From the NCBI GenBank assembly GCA_022571215.1, contig JACZYG010000015.1:63-64062 (forward strand): a stretch of DNA of 64,000 nt. Reading direction: 5' to 3'. Below, in pieces: positions 48,794-57,416 of this stretch. Below the pieces are notes generated by a model. It had not been told where the DNA came from. It saw only the letters and a program-made list of their open reading frames with translations, and made no database searches. A program made the position numbers and the translations under genes. Numbering within the stretch: position 1 is the stretch's first letter; each line of letters begins with the position of its first letter. This DNA comes from Fidelibacterota bacterium (lineage in GTDB: Bacteria; Fidelibacterota; SORT01).

Positions 48794-49375
48794 ATGAACA
48801 GTGAAGAGAAAACCGATTACGAATTGATAGATGAAGCGATCGATGGTAACGAGGCGTCATATGGCATTATCATGGAGCGGTACAAGAATTCGCTTCATGG
48901 AATCATATACAGGATGGTTCGAAACCAGGAAGAGACGCAAGACCTGGTTCAGGAGGCTTTTATCAAGGCGTATAAGGCTCTTAGAACTTTTAATAAGCAG
49001 TATTCCTTCAGCACATGGCTCTTTAAGATAGCGTCGAACAATTGTATCGATCATCTGAGGAAAAAGCGTTTAAGCACAATCTCGATAGATGCGCCTATCG
49101 AAACGATGGATGGAAGCATAACACAGGATATTCCGGATAGCACTTACAATCCGGAGAAAGACATAATAAGGAATGAGGTGATCAATACAATTCATCATAC
49201 TATTGATCAACTCCCGAAGAAATACAGAGAGGTTATAAATTTGAGGCACAAGCAGGACAAGAGCTATGAAGAGATCGCCACGGAGCTGGATCTGCCGATC
49301 GGCACGGTTAAAGCCCGCATCTTTCGCGCTCGTGAGATTCTGAAAAAGTCGCTCAGGGAATTGAATCTAAGATGA
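48794..49375 (+). CDS. ECF sigma factor (SigW/RpoE-like)
   Basis: DLVQEAFIKAY, FSTWLFKIA, GTVKARIFRAR. Confidence 0.95.
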   Translation: MNSEEKTDYELIDEAIDGNEASYGIIMERYKNSLHGIIYRMVRNQEETQDLVQEAFIKAYKALRTFNKQYSFSTWLFKIASNNCIDHLRKKRLSTISIDAPIETMDGSITQDIPDSTYNPEKDIIRNEVINTIHHTIDQLPKKYREVINLRHKQDKSYEEIATELDLPIGTVKARIFRAREILKKSLRELNLR

Positions 49376-50274
49376 ATCTCCGCGTGCCCATTATAAACGC
49401 TGTCATTTTTCTGTTGCTCATAACCGGAAACAGTTTCGCCCAGCGTATGTCAGTCTTTTCCAAGGAAGAAGATCTGACCGATCAGGAAAGCCTTGAGATC
49501 AATTTGAGGCTGAGCGGCGGGAAGGTTTGGTTCACCAAATCACCGCACAATAAACTCTTCATGATAGAGGTCGAATATAACAGTGAAGAGTTACGACCGA
49601 GATACCGGTATGAAGATGACGATCCATCACTCTCCTTCGGACTTCAATCAAAAAACGACATATTCGACGATGATGACTGGACAAGTTTCCTGTTTGATGA
49701 TGATGACTTCAACATCGGAATATCGTCAGTAAAAAAGACCTCCTGGGATCTGAAATTCACCGACAAAGTTCCCCTAAATATTAACCTGTCCGCAGGCGCC
49801 ATAAAAGGGAATTTTGATTTCACGGGCATGATGATAAGAAACCTGAACATAGCAACAGGCGTAAGTAAGACATTCATCAGTTTTGATGAACCGAATCCCA
49901 TCAGGATGGAAGAATTCAATATAGAACTCGGATTGGCAAAGTTCAGAGGGAAACATCTCCTTAACGCAAATTTCGAGAAGATGACGATCGAAGGCGGTAT
50001 CGGCAAAAGTACTTTGGATTTCACAGGTGAGGTGATTGATAAATTTTATGTAGAGATTGAACTCGGTATCAGTTCCACAACAATAATACTGCCTACCAAT
50101 ATCGGAGTAAAAATTTACGCCGAAGTATCGCCTTTCACCTCCTTTGACACTAACGGGCTTATCGAGGTTGATGAGGACGAATACGAAAGTCCGAATTGGG
50201 GCAGTACGGAAGGCGAACTGGTCATTGAAATCGATACAGCTATCGGCTTCGTAAAGTTCATCTTCGAGGATTGA
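49372..50274 (+). CDS. secreted beta-rich protein (LiaF/DUF2154 toast-rack-like)
   Basis: Signal peptide; repeated IELG/GGIG beta-strand motifs; coupled to ECF sigma. Confidence 0.6.
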   Translation: MNLRVPIINAVIFLLLITGNSFAQRMSVFSKEEDLTDQESLEINLRLSGGKVWFTKSPHNKLFMIEVEYNSEELRPRYRYEDDDPSLSFGLQSKNDIFDDDDWTSFLFDDDDFNIGISSVKKTSWDLKFTDKVPLNINLSAGAIKGNFDFTGMMIRNLNIATGVSKTFISFDEPNPIRMEEFNIELGLAKFRGKHLLNANFEKMTIEGGIGKSTLDFTGEVIDKFYVEIELGISSTTIILPTNIGVKIYAEVSPFTSFDTNGLIEVDEDEYESPNWGSTEGELVIEIDTAIGFVKFIFED

Positions 50275-50355
50275 TTCGCTGAAAATCTAATTTAGTTTTC
50301 TTGTTTCTTTAACTTCAAAACATAATCCATGCTGTCCGATCTCTTAAAATGTATC

Positions 50356-50493
50356 GAGATTGGCCGTCAGACCGATGTTGGGCAGGTTATTAGAGGGGAA
50401 TTTATTCTCTCCTCCTTTTTAAGGAGGGGAAACGATGTTATATGGAGTGCTTCAACTGAGTTGATGCAGCATTGACACAGTCAATGCACTCCA
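50356..50493. repeat. palindromic mosaic (B+E, A, D)
   Basis: D element 50443-50493; E at 50363-50386. Confidence 0.8.
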
Positions 50494-50551
50494 AATAGAT
50501 CGTAATTGCGAAAAACCTAATCGGCACTTTCATATGCCGGCTGACAATTCA

Positions 50552-50583
50552 AATAAAAACGGCGATCCGCAAGGACCGCCGCT
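50552..50583 (-). terminator. intrinsic terminator
   Basis: CGGCGGTCC-ttgc-GGATCGCCG then TTTTTATTT on minus strand. Confidence 0.75.
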
Positions 50584-50606
50584 CTTACTTCACCTAAGAT
50601 CTGAGA

Positions 50607-51725
50607 CTATTCGTCTAATTTATATTTAGACTTATTTACGATAATGTCAATATTGTAAGCAGCTAGTTCTCTCCACCGACTGTCACGTTTGGCTTTTTCG
50701 AATGCCGCAATGGCTTCCGCTTCCATCGTGAGGCATTTGTAAGCCAACCCGAGTTCTATCCATGAACCGCCGTTGGTCGCTTTTATTCCCGTGGCCGCAA
50801 GAGCCGCATCCCTCGCGCTCTCACAATTGTTCAATTGATTATACGCTTCGGCGAGATGAAAGAAGGCTCTCGAATCTCTTTTGTTGAGAGAGGTCGCCTT
50901 TTCTTGAAGCGAAACAGCTTTTGTCCAATTACCCTGTTTGGAATACGCTATGCCCTGATCTCTGTATGCCCTTGCCATTTTCGGATTGGCATCCATCGCT
51001 TTCTGCGTGACTCTGATTACCCTGTCGTAGTTTTTACGATTGAGTTCAATTGCGCCGATATTCGTCCATGCTTTCGCATCCATTGGATTAAGCGAGGTCG
51101 CTGTCTCAAAATCTTTGATCGCCTCGTCATAATTCCGATCGGAAAGATATGAATTACCGCGCGCATAGTAGGCTTTGGACATCGTGGAATTGGCTTTAAT
51201 TGCCAGAGTAAATTGTTTGATAGACTCTTTATTGTTTCGTTGACGCTTCGCGATTATGCCCTTCATGTAATAAGCGCTTGAGTAGCCGGAATCAAAGTTT
51301 AAAACTGTATCATATTTCTTCAACGCCTTGGCATAATTGCCCTTTTTATATTCAAGATTCCCATCGTTGTAGTTTATACCGATGATGTTTTTGAGCTCTT
51401 TTCTGTACTTTACATTTTCCGGATCAAGTTCAATCGAGCGGCGAATATTTCTGCCCGCTTCAGCGTATTTCTTTTCCCTGACGTTTATCTTGCCGTGGAG
51501 GAAATATGCAGAGGCAAATTGTGAATCCAATGCAAGAAGATTTTTCAGCGAATCTTTGGCGACGGCGATGTTTCCATCTGTAAACGCTCTATTCGCTCCT
51601 ACCATAAGATTATTGATTATCCGCTGTTTCGCCTCTTCATCCGTTTCACCGCCCTGCGCGAAAAGCGCGTTTCCCGACAGTAATAGCATTACTCCGTAGA
51701 TAACTAATTTTGTGGTGATTTTCAT
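50607..51725 (-). CDS. secreted TPR protein
   Basis: Signal peptide plus multiple 34-aa TPRs. Confidence 0.88.
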   Translation of the reverse strand: MKITTKLVIYGVMLLLSGNALFAQGGETDEEAKQRIINNLMVGANRAFTDGNIAVAKDSLKNLLALDSQFASAYFLHGKINVREKKYAEAGRNIRRSIELDPENVKYRKELKNIIGINYNDGNLEYKKGNYAKALKKYDTVLNFDSGYSSAYYMKGIIAKRQRNNKESIKQFTLAIKANSTMSKAYYARGNSYLSDRNYDEAIKDFETATSLNPMDAKAWTNIGAIELNRKNYDRVIRVTQKAMDANPKMARAYRDQGIAYSKQGNWTKAVSLQEKATSLNKRDSRAFFHLAEAYNQLNNCESARDAALAATGIKATNGGSWIELGLAYKCLTMEAEAIAAFEKAKRDSRWRELAAYNIDIIVNKSKYKLDE

Positions 51726-51764
51726 TCCAAATTATCCCTTATAATTATCGTTTCTCCAATTACG

Positions 51765-51848
51765 TGCCGAAGGCGGGATTCGAACCCGCACACCCGTTAG
51801 AGCACTGCCCCCTCAAGACAGCGTGTCTACCAGTTCCACCACTTCGGC
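51765..51848 (-). tRNA. tRNA-Leu(GAG)
   Basis: GCCGAAG/CTTCGGC acceptor stem; CTGTC-TTGAGGG-GGCAG anticodon arm; long variable arm; downstream of secG. Confidence 0.95.
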
Positions 51849-51857
51849 TACTCTCAC

Positions 51858-52205
51858 TCAATTACCGGAGTTCGGGTCATCTGATAGCGCGGGAGTTGAT
51901 GGAGCAGGCAAGGTTGCGCCCGGTCCCGGTGTTTGTTCCCTCGCGGCTTCCTGAATAAGACTGACACTCCCCTTATCAGGATTTGACATGAAACCAATCA
52001 TGATGGCTACGACCATAAAAGCCGCTACAAGACCAACTGTCAATTTTTGAAGGAAACTTGCGGCTCCTCTGCCGCCGAAAACCGCGCTTGTTCCCGCTCC
52101 GCCAAAAGCGCCGGCAAGACCCCCGCCTTTACTCGACTGCATTAAGATCGTGATCACAAGAGTCAAACTGACACAGATGTGAATCGTCACTAAAATTCCG
52201 TACAA
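51858..52205 (-). CDS. secG: preprotein translocase subunit SecG
   Basis: ILMQSSKGGGLAGAFGG, FLQKLT; tpiA-secG-tRNA-Leu synteny. Confidence 0.95.
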   Translation of the reverse strand: MYGILVTIHICVSLTLVITILMQSSKGGGLAGAFGGAGTSAVFGGRGAASFLQKLTVGLVAAFMVVAIMIGFMSNPDKGSVSLIQEAAREQTPGPGATLPAPSTPALSDDPNSGN

Positions 52206-52212
52206 ATTATCA

Positions 52213-52989
52213 TTACTCCTTACTTATATCTTCCGCAATAGCTGCAATACCGTTAAACGATTCCTGTTTCAAGCTTGCGCCGCCAATAAGCGCTCCGTCT
52301 ATATCCTGTTGACCGAGCAACTCTTCGGCATTCGTCAAAGATACACTGCCACCATACAAAATCAAAATACTTTCTCCCGCTTCTTCTCCCGCGTTCCCGT
52401 TCACGATATTTCTTATCTGTTTATGCATCTCCTCCGCCTGTTCGGGAGAAGCGACCTTCCCCGTACCAATCGCCCAGACAGGCTCGTACGCTATAACGAG
52501 ATTCTTTAGTTCGTTCTCAGAGAGGTTTTGAAGAAACGCCTCTACTTGTGTCTTTACGACCTTCTCCTGCTCCCCGTTTTCCCTCTGTTCGAGCGATTCC
52601 CCTACGCATCCGATAACGTGGAATCCGTTTGAAAGCGCATGTTTTACTTTCTTCGCGACTATCTCATCGGTTTCGCCAAAGATGGCGCGCCTCTCCGAAT
52701 GTCCGATAATGACCCAATCCACTCCGGTAGAGCGTATCATATCCAAGGAAATCTCACCCGTGTACGCCCCTGAGTCCTCGTAGTGGCAGTTTTGAGCGGC
52801 GATCAGCAAGTTTGAATCTTTAAATTTTTGACCCACAACGCCGAGAGAGATGAAAGCCGGGCTTATCAGTACATCTATATTCTTAAAGGATTCAACGCCT
52901 TCCGCTACCGCTTTGGCAAGTTGATAGGACTCATAAAGATCCAAATTCATCTTCCAGTTACCCGCTATGAGCAAACGCCTACCCATCAT
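52213..52989 (-). CDS. tpiA: triosephosphate isomerase
   Basis: AGNWKMN, GHSERR, AYEPVWAIGTG. Confidence 0.98.
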   Translation of the reverse strand: MMGRRLLIAGNWKMNLDLYESYQLAKAVAEGVESFKNIDVLISPAFISLGVVGQKFKDSNLLIAAQNCHYEDSGAYTGEISLDMIRSTGVDWVIIGHSERRAIFGETDEIVAKKVKHALSNGFHVIGCVGESLEQRENGEQEKVVKTQVEAFLQNLSENELKNLVIAYEPVWAIGTGKVASPEQAEEMHKQIRNIVNGNAGEEAGESILILYGGSVSLTNAEELLGQQDIDGALIGGASLKQESFNGIAAIAEDISKE

Positions 52990-54185
52990 TCTTTCTCCTC
53001 CAGCATCTCAAGACCGGGCAGTGGATTCCCGGATAGAATCTCTAATGTCGCGCCCCCGCCCGTCGAAATATGAGAGACATCGTTTGAGAGATTCATCTGC
53101 TTCATAGCCGACGCGGAATCTCCGCCGCCTACTACCGTTGTGGCTCCCGCCTTTGTCAGCTCCACAAGTTTTCTACCGATGGAGACGGTACCGTTAGACC
53201 AATAAGGAACCTCGAAGATACCCATAGGACCGTTCCATATCACCGTTTTTGCTCCTTCAAGCACATGATCGAACTCCGCAACCGTCATCGGACCAATATC
53301 AACTCCCATTTTGTCGTCGCCGAGTTCGTCTATGAGACATACATCGCCCAACTCCGGTGAATCAACGGAGCTGACCGCTACACAATCCGTAGGGAGATGA
53401 TAATTTATCCCCTTTTTGCTCAACTCTCTCAATATTTCCTTGCAGGTGTCTACCAGGTTATCATCAACCAACGACTTCCCTACCGGATGCCCCAAAGCTT
53501 TCAGAAAGGTAAACGCCATTCCTCCACCTATGAGAAAAGCGTCGGCAAGTTTTGAAAGATTTTTTATCACCGGTATCTTATCCGAAACTTTCGCTCCGCC
53601 GAGAACCACCACCATAGGTATCCTCGGGTTTTCCACCAATTCACTCATATATTTTACTTCGGATTCCATCAAATAACCCGCAACCGCTGTATCCATAAAC
53701 TCCGGTACTCCGTACGTAGAAGCATGTTTCCTGTGAGCCGTACCGAAGGCGTCGTTGACATAAATATCGCCGTGAGCCGCCAATGCCTGAGCAAACTCGC
53801 TGTCATTCTCCGTTTCTTCCTTATGAAACCGGAGATTCTCCAAGAGCAACAGCTCGCCTGCCGCAAGCGATGATGACAGAGCGAGAGAATCGGCTCCAAT
53901 ACAATCGTCAGCAAACTTTACCTCCCTCGATAGAATTTTTGAAAGTGACTCGGCAACAGGTTTGAGGCTCAGCTTAGGCACAACCTCCCCGCCGGGTCTG
54001 CCGAGATGACTCATTAAGATGAGACTCCCCCCATCCTCCAACACTTTATCTATGCTCGGAATCGCCGCCTTGATACGCAGATCATCCTCTATCTTGCCTT
54101 CGGGGGAGAGAGGCACATTAAAATCAGCGCGCATCAGCACTCGCTTATTCAATAGTTTCAGATCATCGAGAGTGCGTTTAGTCAT
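52986..54185 (-). CDS. pgk: phosphoglycerate kinase
   Basis: RADFNVP, SHLGRP, NDAFGTAHR, STGGGA. Confidence 0.98.
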   Translation of the reverse strand: MTKRTLDDLKLLNKRVLMRADFNVPLSPEGKIEDDLRIKAAIPSIDKVLEDGGSLILMSHLGRPGGEVVPKLSLKPVAESLSKILSREVKFADDCIGADSLALSSSLAAGELLLLENLRFHKEETENDSEFAQALAAHGDIYVNDAFGTAHRKHASTYGVPEFMDTAVAGYLMESEVKYMSELVENPRIPMVVVLGGAKVSDKIPVIKNLSKLADAFLIGGGMAFTFLKALGHPVGKSLVDDNLVDTCKEILRELSKKGINYHLPTDCVAVSSVDSPELGDVCLIDELGDDKMGVDIGPMTVAEFDHVLEGAKTVIWNGPMGIFEVPYWSNGTVSIGRKLVELTKAGATTVVGGGDSASAMKQMNLSNDVSHISTGGGATLEILSGNPLPGLEMLEEKE

Positions 54186-54187
54186 CG

Positions 54188-55219
54188 TTAACCGAAGAAC
54201 GTTTTTGCGAGGTTATACAGTTCCGCCGGCACGAGCTTCAGCTCGCTCGTAGCGTCCGAAAGCGGAACGGGTACTATTTCATTACCCCTGAGCGCGGCCA
54301 TCTTGCCGAAATCGCCGTCATTCACATAATCCGCCGCCGCTAAACCGAAACGGGTCGCCAACATCCTGTCGTATGCCGTGGGCGAACCGCCTCTCTGAGT
54401 ATGACCGAGCACGACCGTCCTAATTTCGTCGCCCGTCTGCTTGGCGATTTCCTTACCGACATACTCGCCTATGCCGCCAAGCCGTACATGCCCGAACTCG
54501 TCCAAAGAATCATCTTGAGTTACCGCACTCTCATCGCCCTCGATAGCCGCTCCTTCCGATACGACGATAATATGGAATTTCTTTCCCGCCTCTTTCCGCT
54601 TATTGATAATAGCCACAACCTCGGAGATAGACATTTTAAACTCGGGAAGCATTATGCAGTGAGCGCTTCCGGCAATTCCCGCGTGAAGAGCTATCCACCC
54701 GGCATGTCTCCCCATGACCTCCACGACTATGGTTCTGTGATGCGATCTTGCGGTGGTAGTCAACCGGTCTATGGCATCTACGGCAATTGTCAGAGCGGTG
54801 TCGAATCCGAATGTCGCGTCTGTCGCCGACAGGTCATTGTCTATAGTTTTCGGCACTCCGACGCACGCTATTCCATCCTCCGAGAGTTTAGTGGCGACCG
54901 ACAGAGTATCGTCTCCGCCGATAGCGATAATAGCGTCAAACTCGAATCGCTTAATATTCTCTTTTACGCTTTTAAGCTGTTCTTCATCCTTGTAAGGATT
55001 GGTGCGGGAGGTACCGAGAATAGTTCCGCCCTCACGAATTAATCCAGCCATATCAGATGATTCCAACCGATAAACGTCGCCTTCGACCAGTCCCCTCCAT
55101 CCGTCCCGGATTCCGTACACTTCGTGACCATGAGCATCTATAGAACGCCTGACAATTGCCCTAATGGCGGCGTTCAATCCCGGGCAATCTCCTCCACCCG
55201 TTAAGATCCCGATTCGCAT
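54188..55219 (-). CDS. pfkA: 6-phosphofructokinase, probably PPi-dependent
   Basis: TGGGDCPGLN, GGDDT, PKTIDND, EVMGR. Confidence 0.93.
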   Translation of the reverse strand: MRIGILTGGGDCPGLNAAIRAIVRRSIDAHGHEVYGIRDGWRGLVEGDVYRLESSDMAGLIREGGTILGTSRTNPYKDEEQLKSVKENIKRFEFDAIIAIGGDDTLSVATKLSEDGIACVGVPKTIDNDLSATDATFGFDTALTIAVDAIDRLTTTARSHHRTIVVEVMGRHAGWIALHAGIAGSAHCIMLPEFKMSISEVVAIINKRKEAGKKFHIIVVSEGAAIEGDESAVTQDDSLDEFGHVRLGGIGEYVGKEIAKQTGDEIRTVVLGHTQRGGSPTAYDRMLATRFGLAAADYVNDGDFGKMAALRGNEIVPVPLSDATSELKLVPAELYNLAKTFFG

Positions 55220-55370
55220 TGTTCAGTTCCCTCGCTCTTTTAATAGTCTATCAATAATGTCGATTTCTCGAAGAAAAATATTACAGCAACAATCAAAAAC
55301 ATGCAAGAGTTATATTAGGAATTAGCGAACTCGAACCGGATAGTGAGATATTGACCGAATCTTAACTCTT

Positions 55371-55897
55371 AACACACCTCGTCCTGCGAGCGCCCCTCTT
55401 ACACAGAGGGGAATTTATAATCCCTCCTTATCTAAGGAGGGGAAATTCATCGTCATTGCGAGGAGCAGCGAACCCAGCCGTTGGCGGGGTATGCTGTGAC
55501 GTGGCAATCTCATAATTGCGGTTGTGGATAGATTTGAGATTGCTTCGTTGCTACGCTCCTCGCAAATACAGGTGTTAGCTGGGTCTGACTGAATTCTGGC
55601 GGGGGAGGAACACGGTAAGTGTCAATAGAATCAACCGAAAGTGACGTACTATTTGTCAATTATGTGCGAGTCAGGGCTTGCCCTGACCGCCACAAAATAA
55701 GTCAACCACCCCCGCGCTTACAGCGCGTCCCCTCCTTTCAAGGAGGGGAAATTCATCGTCATTGCGAATCCACCAACTGGCGGATGAAGCCTGCCCGACT
55801 TTGGTCAGGCGGGCAATCTCAGAACCTATTTACGAGAATATTACAATTGAACTGAATCATCATTGTGAAATTGCTTCGACGCCATGCGGGCAATGAC
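55371..55897. repeat. intergenic palindromic mosaic (A, B x2, C, E)
   Basis: AAGGAGGGGAAATTCATCGTCATTGCGA twice; GTGCGAGTCAGGGCTTGCCCTGACCGC; E at 55790-55813. Confidence 0.88.
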
Positions 55898-55966
55898 ATC
55901 TAAAGAGTATTCAAATATTCCCTTGTCGGGGCTTAACCGCCTGAGTATATTTAACGGAGGAGTTCA

Positions 55967-56185
55967 ATGACAGTAATACTCGTACTCGTTTACATCACCC
56001 TAACTCGTTTGGTAATGTGGGTGTTCGAAGACACAATTTTCAAATGGGGTGTCAAACTGTTTTTTATTATTCTCCTCAATGCCGCCGCTACTTATTTCAT
56101 GTACGATTTCATTGATGATCAATTTCAGCACGTCAGAGACACTTCTAAGAATTATTATAAGCGTTACGATAACTTGGTAGAATAA
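55967..56185 (+). CDS. small two-TM hypothetical protein
   Basis: TTGTCG-N17-TATATT promoter (55923-55951) and GGAGGA SD; hydrophobic 72 aa. Confidence 0.7.
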   Translation: MTVILVLVYITLTRLVMWVFEDTIFKWGVKLFFIILLNAAATYFMYDFIDDQFQHVRDTSKNYYKRYDNLVE

Positions 56186-56202
56186 AAGAGCTCTCAATCT
56201 CT

Positions 56203-56991
56203 CTAAATCAGACCGCTGCCAAGCAGTAGAGCGACGACAAGCAACATCCCTCCAACTAAGTTCCGGACGTAACGCATCTTTACCTTCTTCATCAGACGAC
56301 TCCCTATAAAAGAACCGAGAAACGCCGTCAGCACAGCGGCGGATATAAGATTCAACCCTCCCGAATCAACGATAGTAGTGAGAGTTCCTCCGAAAAACAG
56401 AGTGCCGTAGACAGCGACTCTCGACAGATCAACCGCCACAGAACAAACGACTCCCGTGCCTATGAACTTAGTTTTATCATCAATAGAACGGATGAGAAAC
56501 GCGCTGCGAAGAGCGCCCTGATGACCCGAAAGTCCGCCGAAAAACCCCGAAAGAGCGCCGCCTAACGGCAGATACTTTTTTGGAAAGGAGAGCTCATCGA
56601 ATCGTTTGGACAACTCCAGCAGAGCAAAAAGCAGCATGAGCAGACCGACTACCAATTTGAGAATCGTCAATTCACGGACACCATAGAATTCGTAAGAATA
56701 CAGCGGCTCTGACGTTGCCATCCGGGTCAATAAATAAGCGCCGAACGCAGAAAAGACGAGTCCCGGAATTATAAAACGAACGGCTATCTTCCAATCCGCG
56801 TATCTCCCGACAAGCGTCAGTTTGAACAGATTATTGGAGAGATGCACAACAGCGGTCATCGCTACCGCCGCCTCAAGAGGAAAGAAGATCGCAAAGACGG
56901 GCATCAGCAGCGTTCCGATGCCAAACCCGGAAAAGAGAGTCAAAGCAGCCACTAAAAGCGCGGCAGCCATTACGGTCAGATACATTAACAT
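56203..56991 (-). CDS. TSUP (TauE/SafE) family membrane protein
   Basis: SGFGIGTLLMP, GFFGGLSGHQG; multi-TM. Confidence 0.85.
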   Translation of the reverse strand: MLMYLTVMAAALLVAALTLFSGFGIGTLLMPVFAIFFPLEAAVAMTAVVHLSNNLFKLTLVGRYADWKIAVRFIIPGLVFSAFGAYLLTRMATSEPLYSYEFYGVRELTILKLVVGLLMLLFALLELSKRFDELSFPKKYLPLGGALSGFFGGLSGHQGALRSAFLIRSIDDKTKFIGTGVVCSVAVDLSRVAVYGTLFFGGTLTTIVDSGGLNLISAAVLTAFLGSFIGSRLMKKVKMRYVRNLVGGMLLVVALLLGSGLI

Positions 56992-57045
56992 CGGTTCATT
57001 CTCATAAAATATTAATTAGAGAATGAATATATGTCTGCTACAATA

Positions 57046-57083
57046 AAATAAAAAGCCCCGAGTTTCCTCAGGGCTTTATTTTT
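57046..57083. terminator. bidirectional-type terminator hairpin at phage block edge
   Basis: AAAAGCCCCGAG-tttc-CTCAGGGCTTTATTTT. Confidence 0.65.
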
Positions 57084-57416
57084 CTCTTTTATCATTAAAT
57101 ACGGGTCAGTGTGCCCACCCGTATGCTGTCCATTCCATTATCTTTATCCTCACTATTCGTTTGCATGAGTATATACGTAAATGTAGAATATTTGTTCCAT
57201 GATGGTTGATTTTTAGCAATTAAATAATTGAATCCTCTAAGTTCTTATTTCCGCATTCATTTCCTGCTCAATTTCTTAATTTTACCGCTATTTAACAGCT
57301 TATAACCAAATTTGATTACTTTCCATTTCCGCTTCTATTTCCACTGTGATTTCCGTGGTAATGATAACAAATTAAGACTTTTTATGATTTAGGATAGACT
57401 AACCGAGAGGTAGAAA

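Noticed and set aside
51764-51958. 64-aa ORF
   Set aside because: Antisense shadow of tRNA-Leu and secG.
54401-55042. 213-aa plus-strand ORF and other long antisense ORFs
   Set aside because: Shadows of well-supported genes with no recognisable motifs.
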